Shown: one piece after another, positions 16,679 to 27,516 of the stretch
Position numbering within the stretch: position 1 is the stretch's first letter
Layout of the letters: each line of letters begins with the position of its first letter
From: Salinivirgaceae bacterium
Lineage (GTDB): Bacteria; Bacteroidota; Bacteroidia; Bacteroidales; SZUA-534
Assembly: GCA_017645945.1 (NCBI GenBank)
Contig: JAGCNL010000018.1
Span: 64,249 to 128,248 of the forward strand
Reading direction: 5' to 3'
DNA length: 64,000 bases
Translations under genes and position numbers: made by a program
Notes under the pieces: generated by a model
Told to the model about the DNA's origin: nothing
The model's input: only the letters and a program-made list of their open reading frames with translations
Database searches by the model: none

Positions 16679-18622
16679 GATTCAATCCGAATAATATCAA
16701 TTATTTATCATTAATCGTTTATCATTAAACGTTAATCATTAATCATCACGCGTTTGGCAGTGTTGCCTGTCTTTACTACGTAAATGCCTGAGCCATTAAC
16801 CTGAATCTCGGTGCGGCCAGCCTCAGCGGCTACACGCTCAATCAAGCGGCCCATTGCAGTGTAAACGAAGATGTCGCTGTCAGCGTTCTCAACCACGATG
16901 GTGTTACCGTAAGCGAAGATGTTCACGGCCTCGGCAGCCTCGTCGGCAACAGCAGTGTTGTCGTCTTTCTCGAAGATGGCTGTGAATTCGAAACCATTCG
17001 CAGTGACTTGCTGCAGCAGTTCAGCTGTAAGCGTTACAGTGCGTGGGTTGTCAAGTACGCTGTCGCTCCACATCACGAAGTGGTAGCCAGAATCGGCAAC
17101 GGCAGTGAGAGTGATGGTTGCACCCAACTGAAGTGTGCCTGAAGAGGCTGTGATGTTACCATTCTTGGCGTTTACAGTAACTGCATAAGAAGCTTTCTTG
17201 AACGTAGCAGTGTATGTCTTGTTGCCGGTTACAGTCACCTTGCGCGGGTTGTCGGTGTTGCCGTCGTCCCACTTAGAGAAGATGTAGCCTGCATTAGCCT
17301 CTGCAGTCAGAGTTGCCTCTGCACCATGCTCATAGGTGCCTGCGCCCTCAACTGTACCATTCTTAGCTTTGACTGTCAGCTCGTAGCTGTTGATGGCAAA
17401 CACAGCACTGAACGAAGCATTGCCGGTAACCTCAACGCTGCGGGTAGCGTTTTTCACGCTGTCGGTCCACATAACGAAGCTATAACCCTTGTTGGCTGTA
17501 GCCTTGAGAGTAGCCGTTTCACCGTAAGCGTAGTCTCCCGCGCCTGTGATGGTTCCGTTGGCCGAAGTGTCAACACTTATTGTGTAGATGTTGGCTGCAA
17601 ACTCGGCTGTGAACGACAGGTCGCTGGTAACTGTAACCTTGCGGGTTGCTGTCTCCACACCGTCGCTCCACTTGCTGAAGTGGTAGCCAGTGTTGGCAGT
17701 AGCGGTGAGTGTTGCCTCAGCGCCGTGGTTGTAGGTGCCTGCGCCCTCAACTGTACCGTTGCTGCCCGATGCACGAACAGTGTAGCTGTTGATTTCGAAC
17801 TCGGCAGTGAACGACAGATTGTCGGTTACAACAACGGTGCGCGATGCGCGGGTTTCGCCGTCGCTCCACTTAACAAAGCGGAATCCCTCGGCTGCTGTTG
17901 CGCTGATGGTTGCATTTTCACCATAGGTGTAGGTGCCTGCGCCTTCAACAGTACCGTTGGTTGCTGAAACAGTCACAGCATAGCTGTTGATTGCAAACTC
18001 AGCCTTAAACTCAAGGTCGCTTGTAACAGTAACCTTGCGGGTTGCGGTCTCAACACCGTCGGCCCACTTAACAAAGTGGTAACCATCGTTGGCAACAGCG
18101 GTGAGAGTAGCCTCTGCACCATGATTGTAAGTGCCTGCGCCCTCAACCTTACCGTTAGCGGCCGAAGCCTTAACAGCGTAAGTGTTGATTGCAAATTCTG
18201 CAGTAACCGTAGTGTTCTCGCTAACGGTGATTGTGCGCTCGGCGTTGGTGTTGCCATCGCTCCAGCTAACAAAGTGATAACCTGCATTGGCTGTTGCTGT
18301 AACCTTTGCCTGAGTGCCATAGGTGAACGTGCCGCCACCAGTTACAGTACCGTTGGCGCCTGCCAGAACCTCAAGATCATAGCTGTTGATTGCGAACTGA
18401 GCAATAACTGAAGCTGTTTTTGTAACAGTGTACTCATACGGGTTCTTGGTGCTGCCGTCATTCCACTTAACGAAACGATAACCCTGATTAGGTGTAGCTG
18501 TGAGCTTAACCTTCTCGTTGGCGATGTAGTTACCTGAACCAGTTGCGCTACCACCCTCACCTGCAGTAACAGTAAGAGTGTAAATGTTGGCATCCTCAGG
18601 AATAAACAACGGAGACAGAGTC
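16555..18622 (-). repeat. Shared 3' module, copy 1 (8 B-repeats, sorting domain, terminator, downstream region)
   Basis: It is colinear with 27950-29990 at a constant offset of 11377 nt at the stop codons. One 9-nt net indel is explained by three extra residues. Identity was roughly 85-90% in the stretches I compared by eye. Confidence 0.85.
16618..16650 (-). terminator. Rho-independent terminator of giant gene 1
   Basis: On the minus strand, GGGGCGAT-GAAA-ATCGCCCC is followed by TTCGTTTTTTT. Confidence 0.8.
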
Positions 18623-21600
18623 AGATTGCTGGTAAGAGTAACTGTGTACTGGCTGGCGGTGTTAGTAGTTGTCCAGCGGGCAAACTTGTAGAACTCGTCA
18701 GGTACAGCCTCGAATGTAAGCTCTGTACCATGATTGTACGGGTCTGAGCTTATTCCAACAGTATCGTTTCCAACTACAAGTACAACATGGCCGTGTTCGG
18801 TATTAACTGTCACATTGTAAGTGTTGATTTCGAAGCTAGCCAAATATTCGGCGTTGTTAGTCGACACAGTGAATGTGCGTTTTGCATTCGTCTCTCCGTC
18901 GCTCCATCCTGTAAAGTGGTAGCCAGTGGCCGGAACAGCAGTGAGTGTCACTTTTGAACCGAAAGCATGGCTGCCTGCGCCGTCAACTCTACCATTTCCT
19001 TCAACGTTGGCGATGATGTCGTAGTAGTTAGGCTCAAAGACTGCTGTCAGAGTGGCGTTGCCTTCAACCAGATAGCTACGAGCGCTCGATTCTGCGTCAT
19101 CGTCGGTCCAGTGCGAGAAGTGATAACCCTCGTTAGCGGCTACCGCAATATTAGCATACGAATTCCAAGCATATTGGCCTTCGCCCATAATAACTCTACC
19201 GTTCTCGGCTACAACCGAGATGTTGAATGTATCGACAGCGAATTTGGCTACGAAAGATGAATCACTCACTACAACAACATTGCGCGGGTTGTTCTTGTCG
19301 CCGTCAGTCCACTGAACAAAGTGGCAGTTTTCTTCTGCTTCGGCAGTGAGAGTAGCAGTCTCGCCCTCACTATAGACGCTTCCGCCAGATACATATCCAT
19401 ACCAGCTGTTGTTGGCCACTGCGCTAACAGTATAGAGGACATCATTCACGCCTGAGAAGATTGCCTCAAGAGTAACATCTTCATAAACGTAGTATGTGTA
19501 AGGATTCTCGGTGCTGCCATCGCTCCAACGAACAAACTGGTTGCCTTGGTCGGCTGTGGCGGTGAGAGTGATTTTGGCACCATAATTATAGAATTTTTTA
19601 TCAGCACCTTCAACTGTGCCACCGTTAGCAACAACGGTCAGTTGGTAAGTGATAGGCTCAAACTCGGCGTAGAACTCACCTCCGGATTTGTTAAGGTTGA
19701 TAGTGCGTTCCGGATTGGTGCTGTTGTTATCGTGCCAACGCACAAAGCGGAAGCCCTCAGAAGCAACAGCCTCAACCAGAATCTTACCGTTGCTGAAACT
19801 GCTACTGCATTCTACAACGCCCGATGGCTCCCAATCGATAGGCACAACAACAAGCTCAGGTGATGGCTCAACCTCTGGTGCTGGCACATATTCGCCAAAT
19901 GTTGCAACTTTGCCTTTGTAAACAATTGAACCACCTGCAAACAAGATTGTACCATCAACGGTTAAAGTAGCATTGTTGGTTATCTCCAACGATGTCTCTT
20001 CCGAAAGAATGAGAGTCATTTCTTCAGGAAGGGTCATATCAACTGCCAAAACAACATCGCCTACAGCAAACAACACTGGAGCCGAATAAGGCATTGCAAC
20101 ATAACCAGTTACAAGATTCTTGCTATTGTTGAACGTTGGCCAGTAGTCTTCAAAAATATTCTGATACCAAACGTTGTTATCGTTCTGGTTAAGCATATAA
20201 CCCACATAGCCCATTTCGAAAGCCATGCTTGAAACGCCTTCGGTTACTCCTTGATCGTCTCCCTGAGTATTACCAATACCAACTTGCGGCCCATTTCTAT
20301 GATTCAAATAGTAGCAGTTTGAAATGTGCATATTGGCTGAACCGCTTGGGCCATCTATAAAAGAAACACCAAGAATGCCGCCTATGCATTCTCCGTTAAG
20401 TTTGAGTTTGCCAATATTGTAGCAATTAGTTATAGAAGGATTTACGCCTCCTCCGCAGATACCACCAGCAAAATATCCATAAACCAAGGATGTGCTGTAA
20501 CAATTGTTTATTACACCACCATTCAATTCACCGCAAATACTTCCTGCGACTAATGCTGCGAAATAGGAATCAATAACTCCAACATTTGCAATTTCGCCAT
20601 TTTTCACTGAGCCAAACAATCCCACACCAACCTCGTCTTCGATGTAGGTAACCAGACCACTGACGGTGTGACCATTGCCGTTGAATGAGCCGCAATATGG
20701 ATTCTGGTTGTCTTCGTCTACGTATGATAATCCTATCGGTATCCACTCTTTAATGTCGTTAGCATCAAAGTCATCGCTGAGGTCGCCGTCCTCGTCAAGA
20801 ACATTTTCGTTAACAACAATGTCAGCAATCAGCTCGGCATTGGCATCGGTTCCCTCACCGCTGTTGACAAACTCGGCAAACCAATAGAGCTGACCGGCGT
20901 TGCCAATCAGGTAGGCATTTTGTGCCTCGCTCCATGTTGCTTCTTCATAAGCACCGCAGACGGTACAAATTCCGTTCTCAAACTCATGTTCCTTCACATC
21001 GTCTCTAACATTGCTGAACGAATGACAAGGCGATGTTGGATAAACCATTCCGTGGTTGCTGTCCAGGCTTGGTGTGGCATCCTCGCCAAGAGTCTGATAA
21101 TAAACAATACCCACCTCGAAGAGTTGGTTAAACATATAAGCCACATAGCCGTTTGCAAACTGCTCCTTTGTGGCCGATGTGGTTACACCTTCCTCATCGC
21201 TTAAGCTACCATCATTGGTACCAATTCCATTTTGTTGAACCCTGTCACCATCAAGGGTACTGCCTTTAAGATAGTAGCAATTTAGCATGTGTCCGTTTTC
21301 TGCGAAAGAGCCTACAATAGCTCCAACGTAGACACCATATCCATTAACAATGCCTGTATTGTAGCAATTGTATATGTAGTCTCCCTGCGATCTACCGCAT
21401 ATACCACCGCAATAAGAGACTTCGCTATAACTTTCTGAAACAATAATTGACGTGTTGTAACAGTTGGTTATATTAACTCCTCCAGAAGAATAACCCAATA
21501 TGCCACCAACATTATTGGCACCATAGATGTAAGAATCGACAAGGCCTACATTACGGATTTGAGCCCCTTCAGCGGCATAACCAAACAATCCGACACAAGC

Positions 21601-24600
21601 TCCACCCGCAGGGTAGGGATTATTGCCGTTGGAATTATCGAAAAACAAGCCGCTAATGGTGTGTCCTTGTCCGTCAAAGAAGCCTGTATAACCGCCTTCC
21701 GAAGCAATTCCTATCGGTGTCCAGACTTTAAAATCATCGCGGTTAGGAATACCATTCTCGCTAAGAACATTTTCGTTAACCACAATGTCGGCAGTCAGTA
21801 TGGCGTTGGCCGATACTCCCTCGCCGCTGTTCACAAAGTCGGCGAACCAATAGAGCTGACCGGCGTTGGCAATCAGATAGGTATCATGTTCTGAGTCATA
21901 TTCGGGTTCGTTAATCAAACCGCAGACGCATTCACCGTTAACAAACACATGTTCTGTATGGCTCTCGCCAGTGTTGTTGTACGGGCAAGGCTCCGATGTG
22001 TAAACCACTCCATGCTCGCTGTTAAGGGTTGGGTTGGCGTCAGAGCCAATTGTCTGGTACCAAACAACATCTTCCTCATTGCTTGAATAACCATTAAGAG
22101 CATAGGCAATAGCACCGACGCGGAACTCAATGGCTGTGGCCGCGGTGGTTGCATCGTCAACTGGTTCATCGCCAGCGCCAACACCACCATAAGTTGTGCC
22201 ATTCCAATTAGATGCACTGCCTTCCAAATAGAAGCAATTGCTGACAGTGCCGTAATTTTTGCCTACAATGCTGCCGGTAAAATTATAACCATGCACCTCG
22301 CCAGTGCTGAAACAGTTGGTTATTGAACCGCTGTCGTAAATATAACCGCAAATACCGCCGACAACTTCACTGGCATTAATATATGATGATGTATTGAAGC
22401 AGTTGGTTACTGTGGTTGCGCCTTCAGCCCTGCCAACAATGGCACCAACATAAGCGTCACCCATAATAGCAGAACCGATAACACCTAAATTTTGGATGGT
22501 TGCGTCGTAGGTCACTCCAAACAAACCCTTGTAGTCTTCATTCGATTGTAAATACAAACCACTGATGGTGTGTCCCATGCCATCGAATGTTCCATAATAA
22601 TCGTAGTCATCGTTTCCGATAGGTGTCCATTCTATTAACGTGCCTAATGCCGATGGATCGTAAAAGGCGCTCATCAAATTGGCGTTAACCTCAATGTCGG
22701 CTGTCAGGTAGGCGTTAGGAGCATAGTCGGGAGAGTCGTATAATTCACCACTATTCACCATATCGGCAAACCAGTAGAGCTGACCTACATTGGCAATCGC
22801 GAAGGCATTGGCCTCCTCATCCCATGCAGCAGATTCGTGTTCGCCGCAAACGCAAACACCATTTACGAATACATGCTCTTTCTCAGAAAGCGCATTGGGG
22901 TTGTTGCCGAATTCCGACGGGCAAGGCATTGAAGCATAAACCTCAGCGTGACTGCTGTTCAAGGTTGGCAATGCATCGCTTCCAATTGTCTGATAATAAA
23001 TAGTGTAATCGACGCTCATATTGATATTGCCAGCCACAAAGCCATTGCTGAACTGCTCGGCAGTGGCGGGTGTGGTTGAACCTTTGGAATCGGGGCGCGA
23101 ATAGCCGCCTGGATAACCTATGCCATTTTGTTCCTTACCACCACAGATGGCGCTTCCGGCCAAATAGTAGCAGTTGGTAATCATTCTTTCCGAGTCATTT
23201 TCTCCAACAATACCACCAATGAAGCCATAGTTGGTAAGGACAGGACCACCACCCATGCCGACATTGACATCATCGACTTCATAATTGCAAATGATTCTAC
23301 CAGTGTTGAAACAGTTGGCTATACTGCTTGAATAAGATGATGAAGAATATGCATAACCTACAATACCTCCGCCCATCGCTTGTTCAACAACAATTGTGGA
23401 AGTGTTGAAACAGTTGGCTATGGTAATGTCACTACCAATAGCCCAGCCTACAATACCACCAACCTCAAAACTTCCGTGCAGATAAGAATCGATGACACCA
23501 ACATTTACGATGGTTGCATCGTCGCCAACTACGCCGAACAATCCTATGTTAATTCCTCCATCAGGGTAGCTTTCGTCCTCTGTATTATAATAATACAAAC
23601 CGCTCACGGTATGGCCCTGGCCATCGAATATTCCATGGTAACGTGAATTGTTAGTTCCAATCGGTGTCCACTCAATAAAGTTGTTGTCGTCGAGGTCGCC
23701 ATTCAGAGAGCCATCAGCGTTGAGCACATTAGAGTTAACAACAATGTCGGCGGTCAGAATCGCGTTAGCATGGTTGTCCTCGTTGTTCACATAATCAGCA
23801 AACCAGAGAAGTTGTGTGGCATTGGCAATCTCGAAGGCATTGAGCTCCTCATTCCATTTAGCCTCTTCGGCTGCACCGCATATAGTACAATGTCCGTCGA
23901 CAAACTCATGATCTTTAAAGTCTGTTGAGTTGCTGTACGACTGGCAAGGCTCCGTCAGGTAAACAACAGCGCTGTTAGCGTTCAGCGTTGGATAGACATC
24001 TTGCTCTAATGTCTGGCGCCAGTTGGGCTGGCTGTTGTTCTGGTTGAGCAGATAGGTAACCTCACCACTTGCAAACTGGCTGAAGGTTTTGAATGAACCA
24101 CCATTGGCGTTGCCTACAGAGTTCTGCAAAACGTAGTTGTTTCCTGAGGTGCCGCCACTACCAGAATAAATGCCGCCAAAATTGGCGTTTGCAGTAACAG
24201 TTCCAGCATTGAAACAGCAGGTTATTGTGCCGTTCCCTATATAGCCGCAAATGCCACCTGCATACTTGCCAAGGCCCTCAACACTGCCTGTGTTGTAGCA
24301 GTTGGTTATCAACTTAGTGTCGAGACCGTTTATTCTACCTGAAATACCGCCTGCATAAGAGTTGTTACTTGTGCTATTAGCTGCCTTTGCATAAATTCTG
24401 CCTGCATTGTAGCAGTTTTGAATGGTACCGGCATACTGGTAGCCGCAGATGCCACCGGCATTGCTGCAGTAGGCCTCTACATAACCTGCGTTGTGGCAGT
24501 TGTCGATCAGAACAACCGACGAGCTTTCTATGTAACCGCAAATACCGCCGGCATTGGATTCACCATTGACGGTGGCAACAACAGTAGCCTCGTTGTAGCA

Positions 24601-27516
24601 GTTAGTTATTGTGGTGTAGCCTGCAACATAGCCGCAGATGCCGCCCACATGTTGTCTGGCGCTGAAATAAGAGTCGTAAACTTCAACATTCTTGATGGTT
24701 GCGTTGTTGGCAAAACCAAACAATCCCGAATACATAAAGGCTGAAGAGTACAAACCGCTGATTGAGTATCCCTGTCCGTCGAACGTTCCATAGTAGTTTT
24801 CGCCGTTATCACCAATTGGTTTCCATTCGCGGCGCACATTGGCTGAATTGAGTGTGCCATCGCTATTAAGCAAATTGGTGTGGTCAACAATGTTGGCTGT
24901 TAACACGGCGTTGGCCGATGGGTCGGTGCCAAAGAATACAAGGTCTGAGAACCAGTAGAGCTTACCGGCATTGTCAATCTCGTAGGCCGTACCATTAAAG
25001 TAAGGTTTTTCTTTATGACCGCACGAGCAGAATCCGTTGTTTTCGTAACCGTGAAAGTGAGTGTAGTAATTGCCATTACCACCGAAAACAAGACCGTGAC
25101 TCTCGTCGAACGATGGAATCGGGTCGGTACCGATATTTTGGAAATAAATATATGATTCGGCATATTCGTTAATCAAGAAAGTCACCTCGCCATTGGCAAA
25201 CTGCTCGGCTGTGGCAAATGTGCCACCCGTGGCATCTGATACGCTACCTTCCAAAACGTAGTTGTTGGTTGTTTCTACACCTAATTGGCCAACTATACCG
25301 CCAATATTAGTACTTCCAACAATCTTACCAGTGCTGAAGCAATTGGTTATAGAACATTCTCGATTAAAACCGCAAATACCACCAGCACAACCATTTACTG
25401 CAACAATGGTTGATGTGTTGAAACAGTTGGTTATGCTACTTGAACCAAGAGAATAACCCAGAATACCTCCAACATTAAAACTTCCATGCAGATATGAGTC
25501 GATAACACCCACATTCTTAATGGTTGCGCCATCGCACGCACCAATCAATCCCGAATAAACACCTCCAACGGGATAGCTGGCATCGGTAGTGTTGTAGAAA
25601 TACAAACCGCTGATGGTGTGGCCATAGCCATCGAAAGTTCCGCCATAATAGCAGTTGTCGGTTCCAATGGGAGTCCACTCCATAAAGTTGTTGTTGTCAA
25701 GGTCGCCGGTGAAGTCGCCGTTGGCGTCAATCACGCCAGTGTTGACAACAATATCAGCCGTCAGAACAGCATTGGCTGTTTGGTAGCCACTGTTGACATA
25801 CTTGGCAAACCAGTAGAGTTTTCCGCCATTGTCAATAATATATGCATTACCGTTGAAGTCAGGCTCTTCGAATACAAGGCCGCATGAGCAGAATCCGTTG
25901 CTGAAGCTGTGGTAATGTGTTTCGTACTCTCCCGACTCTGGCATCATAACAACACCATGGCTGTCGTCGAATGTTGGGATAAGGTCAGAACCAATTGACT
26001 GATAAAAAACGATGGTACCAGCGCTCTGGTTGATATTGTAGGCCACCTCGCCGCTGGCAAGCAGGTCGGATGAGGCAGAAACTGTGCCTGTTTGGTCGTC
26101 GGAGGTTGAGCCAACACTGCTACTGCCGACACCATTCTGAATCGTACTGTTGCCATCAACAGCACAACCTGCCAAATAGTAATTGCTTACAACAGTGTTG
26201 GAGCTATAGATGCTACCACAAACGCCTCCAACCTTGTTAGAAGTGCCCGTGACTGAACCATTGTTGAAGCAGCCGGTTATTATTGTATTAGCATCATTTG
26301 CATAACCGCAAATGCCGCCAACGTCATAACTTCCTGAAACACTGCCAGTATTGTAGCAGTAGTTGATTTTATTCCAACCGCCGCTTATACCACCAACCGA
26401 ATTTCCTCCCGAAACAATGCCGGTGTTGTAACTGTAATCTACCGCGCAGTCGCTTCCGCAAATACCGCCAATCTCGCGGTTACTACCTTTGATTGTACCC
26501 GTATTGAAGCAGTTGATTATATTGCCTCTGTATCCGCAAATGCCACCAACCTTTTCGTATCCATAGAAATAGGTATCGACAATGCCCACATTCTTTATTG
26601 TTGCATCTGCCATATCGGCTCTGCCAAACAATCCTATGCATTGTGTTTCAGAATTATTGAAATACAAACCGCTGATGGTGTGGCCCTGGCCATCGAATGT
26701 GCCATGGTAGGCATTATCCCATGTACCTATCGGCACCCACACCTTAAAGTTGTCTTTTTCAGCTTCATTGAGGCTGCCGTCCTCGAGGAGCACATTCTCG
26801 TTAACCACAATGTCGGCAGTCAAAACGGCGTTTGCACCTGTGTTCCCACTGTTAACAAAGTAGGCAAACCAATAGAGATTTTCGACATTGGCTATCTCGT
26901 AGGCACTAATCTTATCATTCCATTTTGCTGGTTCGATATACGAGAAAGTGGTCTTAGGAATAAAGTCTTTCTTGGTGTAAGATGAACCACTTCTGCTATA
27001 AGCAGAGCCGCCAGTAACAGCTTCGCCATACCAAATGGCTTTGCTGTAAGAACCTACCCTGGTTTCATATATACCCACAAGCAAGTTGCCACCGTTGTAA
27101 TGGTAAGGCTCATCGAAATTGATGGTTACCGTTCTCTCGCCACCAGAAGCATCAACACCACCCTGGTACACAATGGTAGCATTCTCCATGCCGATATAGC
27201 CGCTACCCATTGTGGTGTTGTCCACTTCCTTCAAAAAGACTTGGAAAGAAGCATTACCCCAAGAACTCGTAGTTTCACCCGATGTCTTATAGAAGGTAAG
27301 ACTCTTGATGTCTGAATCGGTCATGAAATACAACTCAGTGGCTGGATAAATCATCTCGCTCTTGGTAGAACCGTCATCAACCCAATAGCCCCAAAACGGG
27401 ATAAACTCGTTTGTAGCAGTACCGTCATGCACAGTCAACTCACCCGCCCTCACTTGGCCAGTACCAGCAAGCAAAAGCGCCATAAGCATTGTACAGAATA
27501 AAAATAACTTTTTCAT
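16732..27516 (-). CDS. Giant T9SS-secreted surface protein (3594 aa): N-terminal domain, 7 GLUG-type units, 14 Listeria-Bacteroides B-repeats, C-terminal sorting domain
   Basis: The ORF is uninterrupted. Signal peptide MKKLFLFCTMLMALLLAGTGQVRA. Repeated FDGQGHTISGLY and VGGICGY (GLUG-like) motifs. GYHFVKWSDG-type units of about 68 aa. CTD tail GIYVVKTGNTAKRVMIND. Confidence 0.93.
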   Translation of the reverse strand: MKKLFLFCTMLMALLLAGTGQVRAGELTVHDGTATNEFIPFWGYWVDDGSTKSEMIYPATELYFMTDSDIKSLTFYKTSGETTSSWGNASFQVFLKEVDNTTMGSGYIGMENATIVYQGGVDASGGERTVTINFDEPYHYNGGNLLVGIYETRVGSYSKAIWYGEAVTGGSAYSRSGSSYTKKDFIPKTTFSYIEPAKWNDKISAYEIANVENLYWFAYFVNSGNTGANAVLTADIVVNENVLLEDGSLNEAEKDNFKVWVPIGTWDNAYHGTFDGQGHTISGLYFNNSETQCIGLFGRADMADATIKNVGIVDTYFYGYEKVGGICGYRGNIINCFNTGTIKGSNREIGGICGSDCAVDYSYNTGIVSGGNSVGGISGGWNKINYCYNTGSVSGSYDVGGICGYANDANTIITGCFNNGSVTGTSNKVGGVCGSIYSSNTVVSNYYLAGCAVDGNSTIQNGVGSSSVGSTSDDQTGTVSASSDLLASGEVAYNINQSAGTIVFYQSIGSDLIPTFDDSHGVVMMPESGEYETHYHSFSNGFCSCGLVFEEPDFNGNAYIIDNGGKLYWFAKYVNSGYQTANAVLTADIVVNTGVIDANGDFTGDLDNNNFMEWTPIGTDNCYYGGTFDGYGHTISGLYFYNTTDASYPVGGVYSGLIGACDGATIKNVGVIDSYLHGSFNVGGILGYSLGSSSITNCFNTSTIVAVNGCAGGICGFNRECSITNCFSTGKIVGSTNIGGIVGQLGVETTNNYVLEGSVSDATGGTFATAEQFANGEVTFLINEYAESYIYFQNIGTDPIPSFDESHGLVFGGNGNYYTHFHGYENNGFCSCGHKEKPYFNGTAYEIDNAGKLYWFSDLVFFGTDPSANAVLTANIVDHTNLLNSDGTLNSANVRREWKPIGDNGENYYGTFDGQGYSISGLYSSAFMYSGLFGFANNATIKNVEVYDSYFSARQHVGGICGYVAGYTTITNCYNEATVVATVNGESNAGGICGYIESSSVVLIDNCHNAGYVEAYCSNAGGICGYQYAGTIQNCYNAGRIYAKAANSTSNNSYAGGISGRINGLDTKLITNCYNTGSVEGLGKYAGGICGYIGNGTITCCFNAGTVTANANFGGIYSGSGGTSGNNYVLQNSVGNANGGSFKTFSQFASGEVTYLLNQNNSQPNWRQTLEQDVYPTLNANSAVVYLTEPCQSYSNSTDFKDHEFVDGHCTICGAAEEAKWNEELNAFEIANATQLLWFADYVNNEDNHANAILTADIVVNSNVLNADGSLNGDLDDNNFIEWTPIGTNNSRYHGIFDGQGHTVSGLYYYNTEDESYPDGGINIGLFGVVGDDATIVNVGVIDSYLHGSFEVGGIVGWAIGSDITIANCFNTSTIVVEQAMGGGIVGYAYSSSSYSSSIANCFNTGRIICNYEVDDVNVGMGGGPVLTNYGFIGGIVGENDSERMITNCYYLAGSAICGGKEQNGIGYPGGYSRPDSKGSTTPATAEQFSNGFVAGNINMSVDYTIYYQTIGSDALPTLNSSHAEVYASMPCPSEFGNNPNALSEKEHVFVNGVCVCGEHESAAWDEEANAFAIANVGQLYWFADMVNSGELYDSPDYAPNAYLTADIEVNANLMSAFYDPSALGTLIEWTPIGNDDYDYYGTFDGMGHTISGLYLQSNEDYKGLFGVTYDATIQNLGVIGSAIMGDAYVGAIVGRAEGATTVTNCFNTSSYINASEVVGGICGYIYDSGSITNCFSTGEVHGYNFTGSIVGKNYGTVSNCFYLEGSASNWNGTTYGGVGAGDEPVDDATTAATAIEFRVGAIAYALNGYSSNEEDVVWYQTIGSDANPTLNSEHGVVYTSEPCPYNNTGESHTEHVFVNGECVCGLINEPEYDSEHDTYLIANAGQLYWFADFVNSGEGVSANAILTADIVVNENVLSENGIPNRDDFKVWTPIGIASEGGYTGFFDGQGHTISGLFFDNSNGNNPYPAGGACVGLFGYAAEGAQIRNVGLVDSYIYGANNVGGILGYSSGGVNITNCYNTSIIVSESYSEVSYCGGICGRSQGDYIYNCYNTGIVNGYGVYVGAIVGSFAENGHMLNCYYLKGSTLDGDRVQQNGIGTNDGSLSDEEGVTTSATKEQFANGYVAYMFNQLFEVGIVYYQTLGEDATPSLDSNHGMVYPTSPCHSFSNVRDDVKEHEFENGICTVCGAYEEATWSEAQNAYLIGNAGQLYWFAEFVNSGEGTDANAELIADIVVNENVLDEDGDLSDDFDANDIKEWIPIGLSYVDEDNQNPYCGSFNGNGHTVSGLVTYIEDEVGVGLFGSVKNGEIANVGVIDSYFAALVAGSICGELNGGVINNCYSTSLVYGYFAGGICGGGVNPSITNCYNIGKLKLNGECIGGILGVSFIDGPSGSANMHISNCYYLNHRNGPQVGIGNTQGDDQGVTEGVSSMAFEMGYVGYMLNQNDNNVWYQNIFEDYWPTFNNSKNLVTGYVAMPYSAPVLFAVGDVVLAVDMTLPEEMTLILSEETSLEITNNATLTVDGTILFAGGSIVYKGKVATFGEYVPAPEVEPSPELVVVPIDWEPSGVVECSSSFSNGKILVEAVASEGFRFVRWHDNNSTNPERTINLNKSGGEFYAEFEPITYQLTVVANGGTVEGADKKFYNYGAKITLTATADQGNQFVRWSDGSTENPYTYYVYEDVTLEAIFSGVNDVLYTVSAVANNSWYGYVSGGSVYSEGETATLTAEAEENCHFVQWTDGDKNNPRNVVVVSDSSFVAKFAVDTFNISVVAENGRVIMGEGQYAWNSYANIAVAANEGYHFSHWTDDDAESSARSYLVEGNATLTAVFEPNYYDIIANVEGNGRVDGAGSHAFGSKVTLTAVPATGYHFTGWSDGETNAKRTFTVSTNNAEYLASFEINTYNVTVNTEHGHVVLVVGNDTVGISSDPYNHGTELTFEAVPDEFYKFARWTTTNTASQYTVTLTSNLTLSPLFIPEDANIYTLTVTAGEGGSATGSGNYIANEKVKLTATPNQGYRFVKWNDGSTKNPYEYTVTKTASVIAQFAINSYDLEVLAGANGTVTGGGTFTYGTQAKVTATANAGYHFVSWSDGNTNAERTITVSENTTVTAEFAINTYAVKASAANGKVEGAGTYNHGAEATLTAVANDGYHFVKWADGVETATRKVTVTSDLEFKAEFAINSYAVTVSATNGTVEGAGTYTYGENATISATAAEGFRFVKWSDGETRASRTVVVTDNLSFTAEFEINSYTVRASGSNGTVEGAGTYNHGAEATLTATANTGYHFSKWSDGVETATRKVTVTSDLSFTAEFAANIYTISVDTSANGTITGAGDYAYGETATLKATANKGYSFVMWTDSVKNATRSVEVTGNASFSAVFAINSYELTVKAKNGTVEGAGTYEHGAEATLTAEANAGYIFSKWDDGNTDNPRKVTVTGNKTYTATFKKASYAVTVNAKNGNITASSGTLQLGATITLTAVADSGYHFVMWSDSVLDNPRTVTLTAELLQQVTANGFEFTAIFEKDDNTAVADEAAEAVNIFAYGNTIVVENADSDIFVYTAMGRLIERVAAEAGRTEIQVNGSGIYVVKTGNTAKRVMIND
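17000..19850 (-). repeat. Array of 14 B-type (Listeria-Bacteroides / InlB B-repeat-like) units in gene 1
   Basis: Each unit of about 66-75 aa has G.G.Y..G..(V/A)TLTA.A..GY.F..W.DG.....R...V......(A/T).F. Confidence 0.85.
20100..26935 (-). repeat. Seven tandem units of about 330 aa, GLUG-type, in gene 1
   Basis: Each unit starts near AY.I.N..QLYWFA..VNSG and contains FDGQGHT(I/V)SGL plus 4-5 (V/I)GGI.G blocks. Six unit junctions carry H.F.NG.C..CG. Confidence 0.8.
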
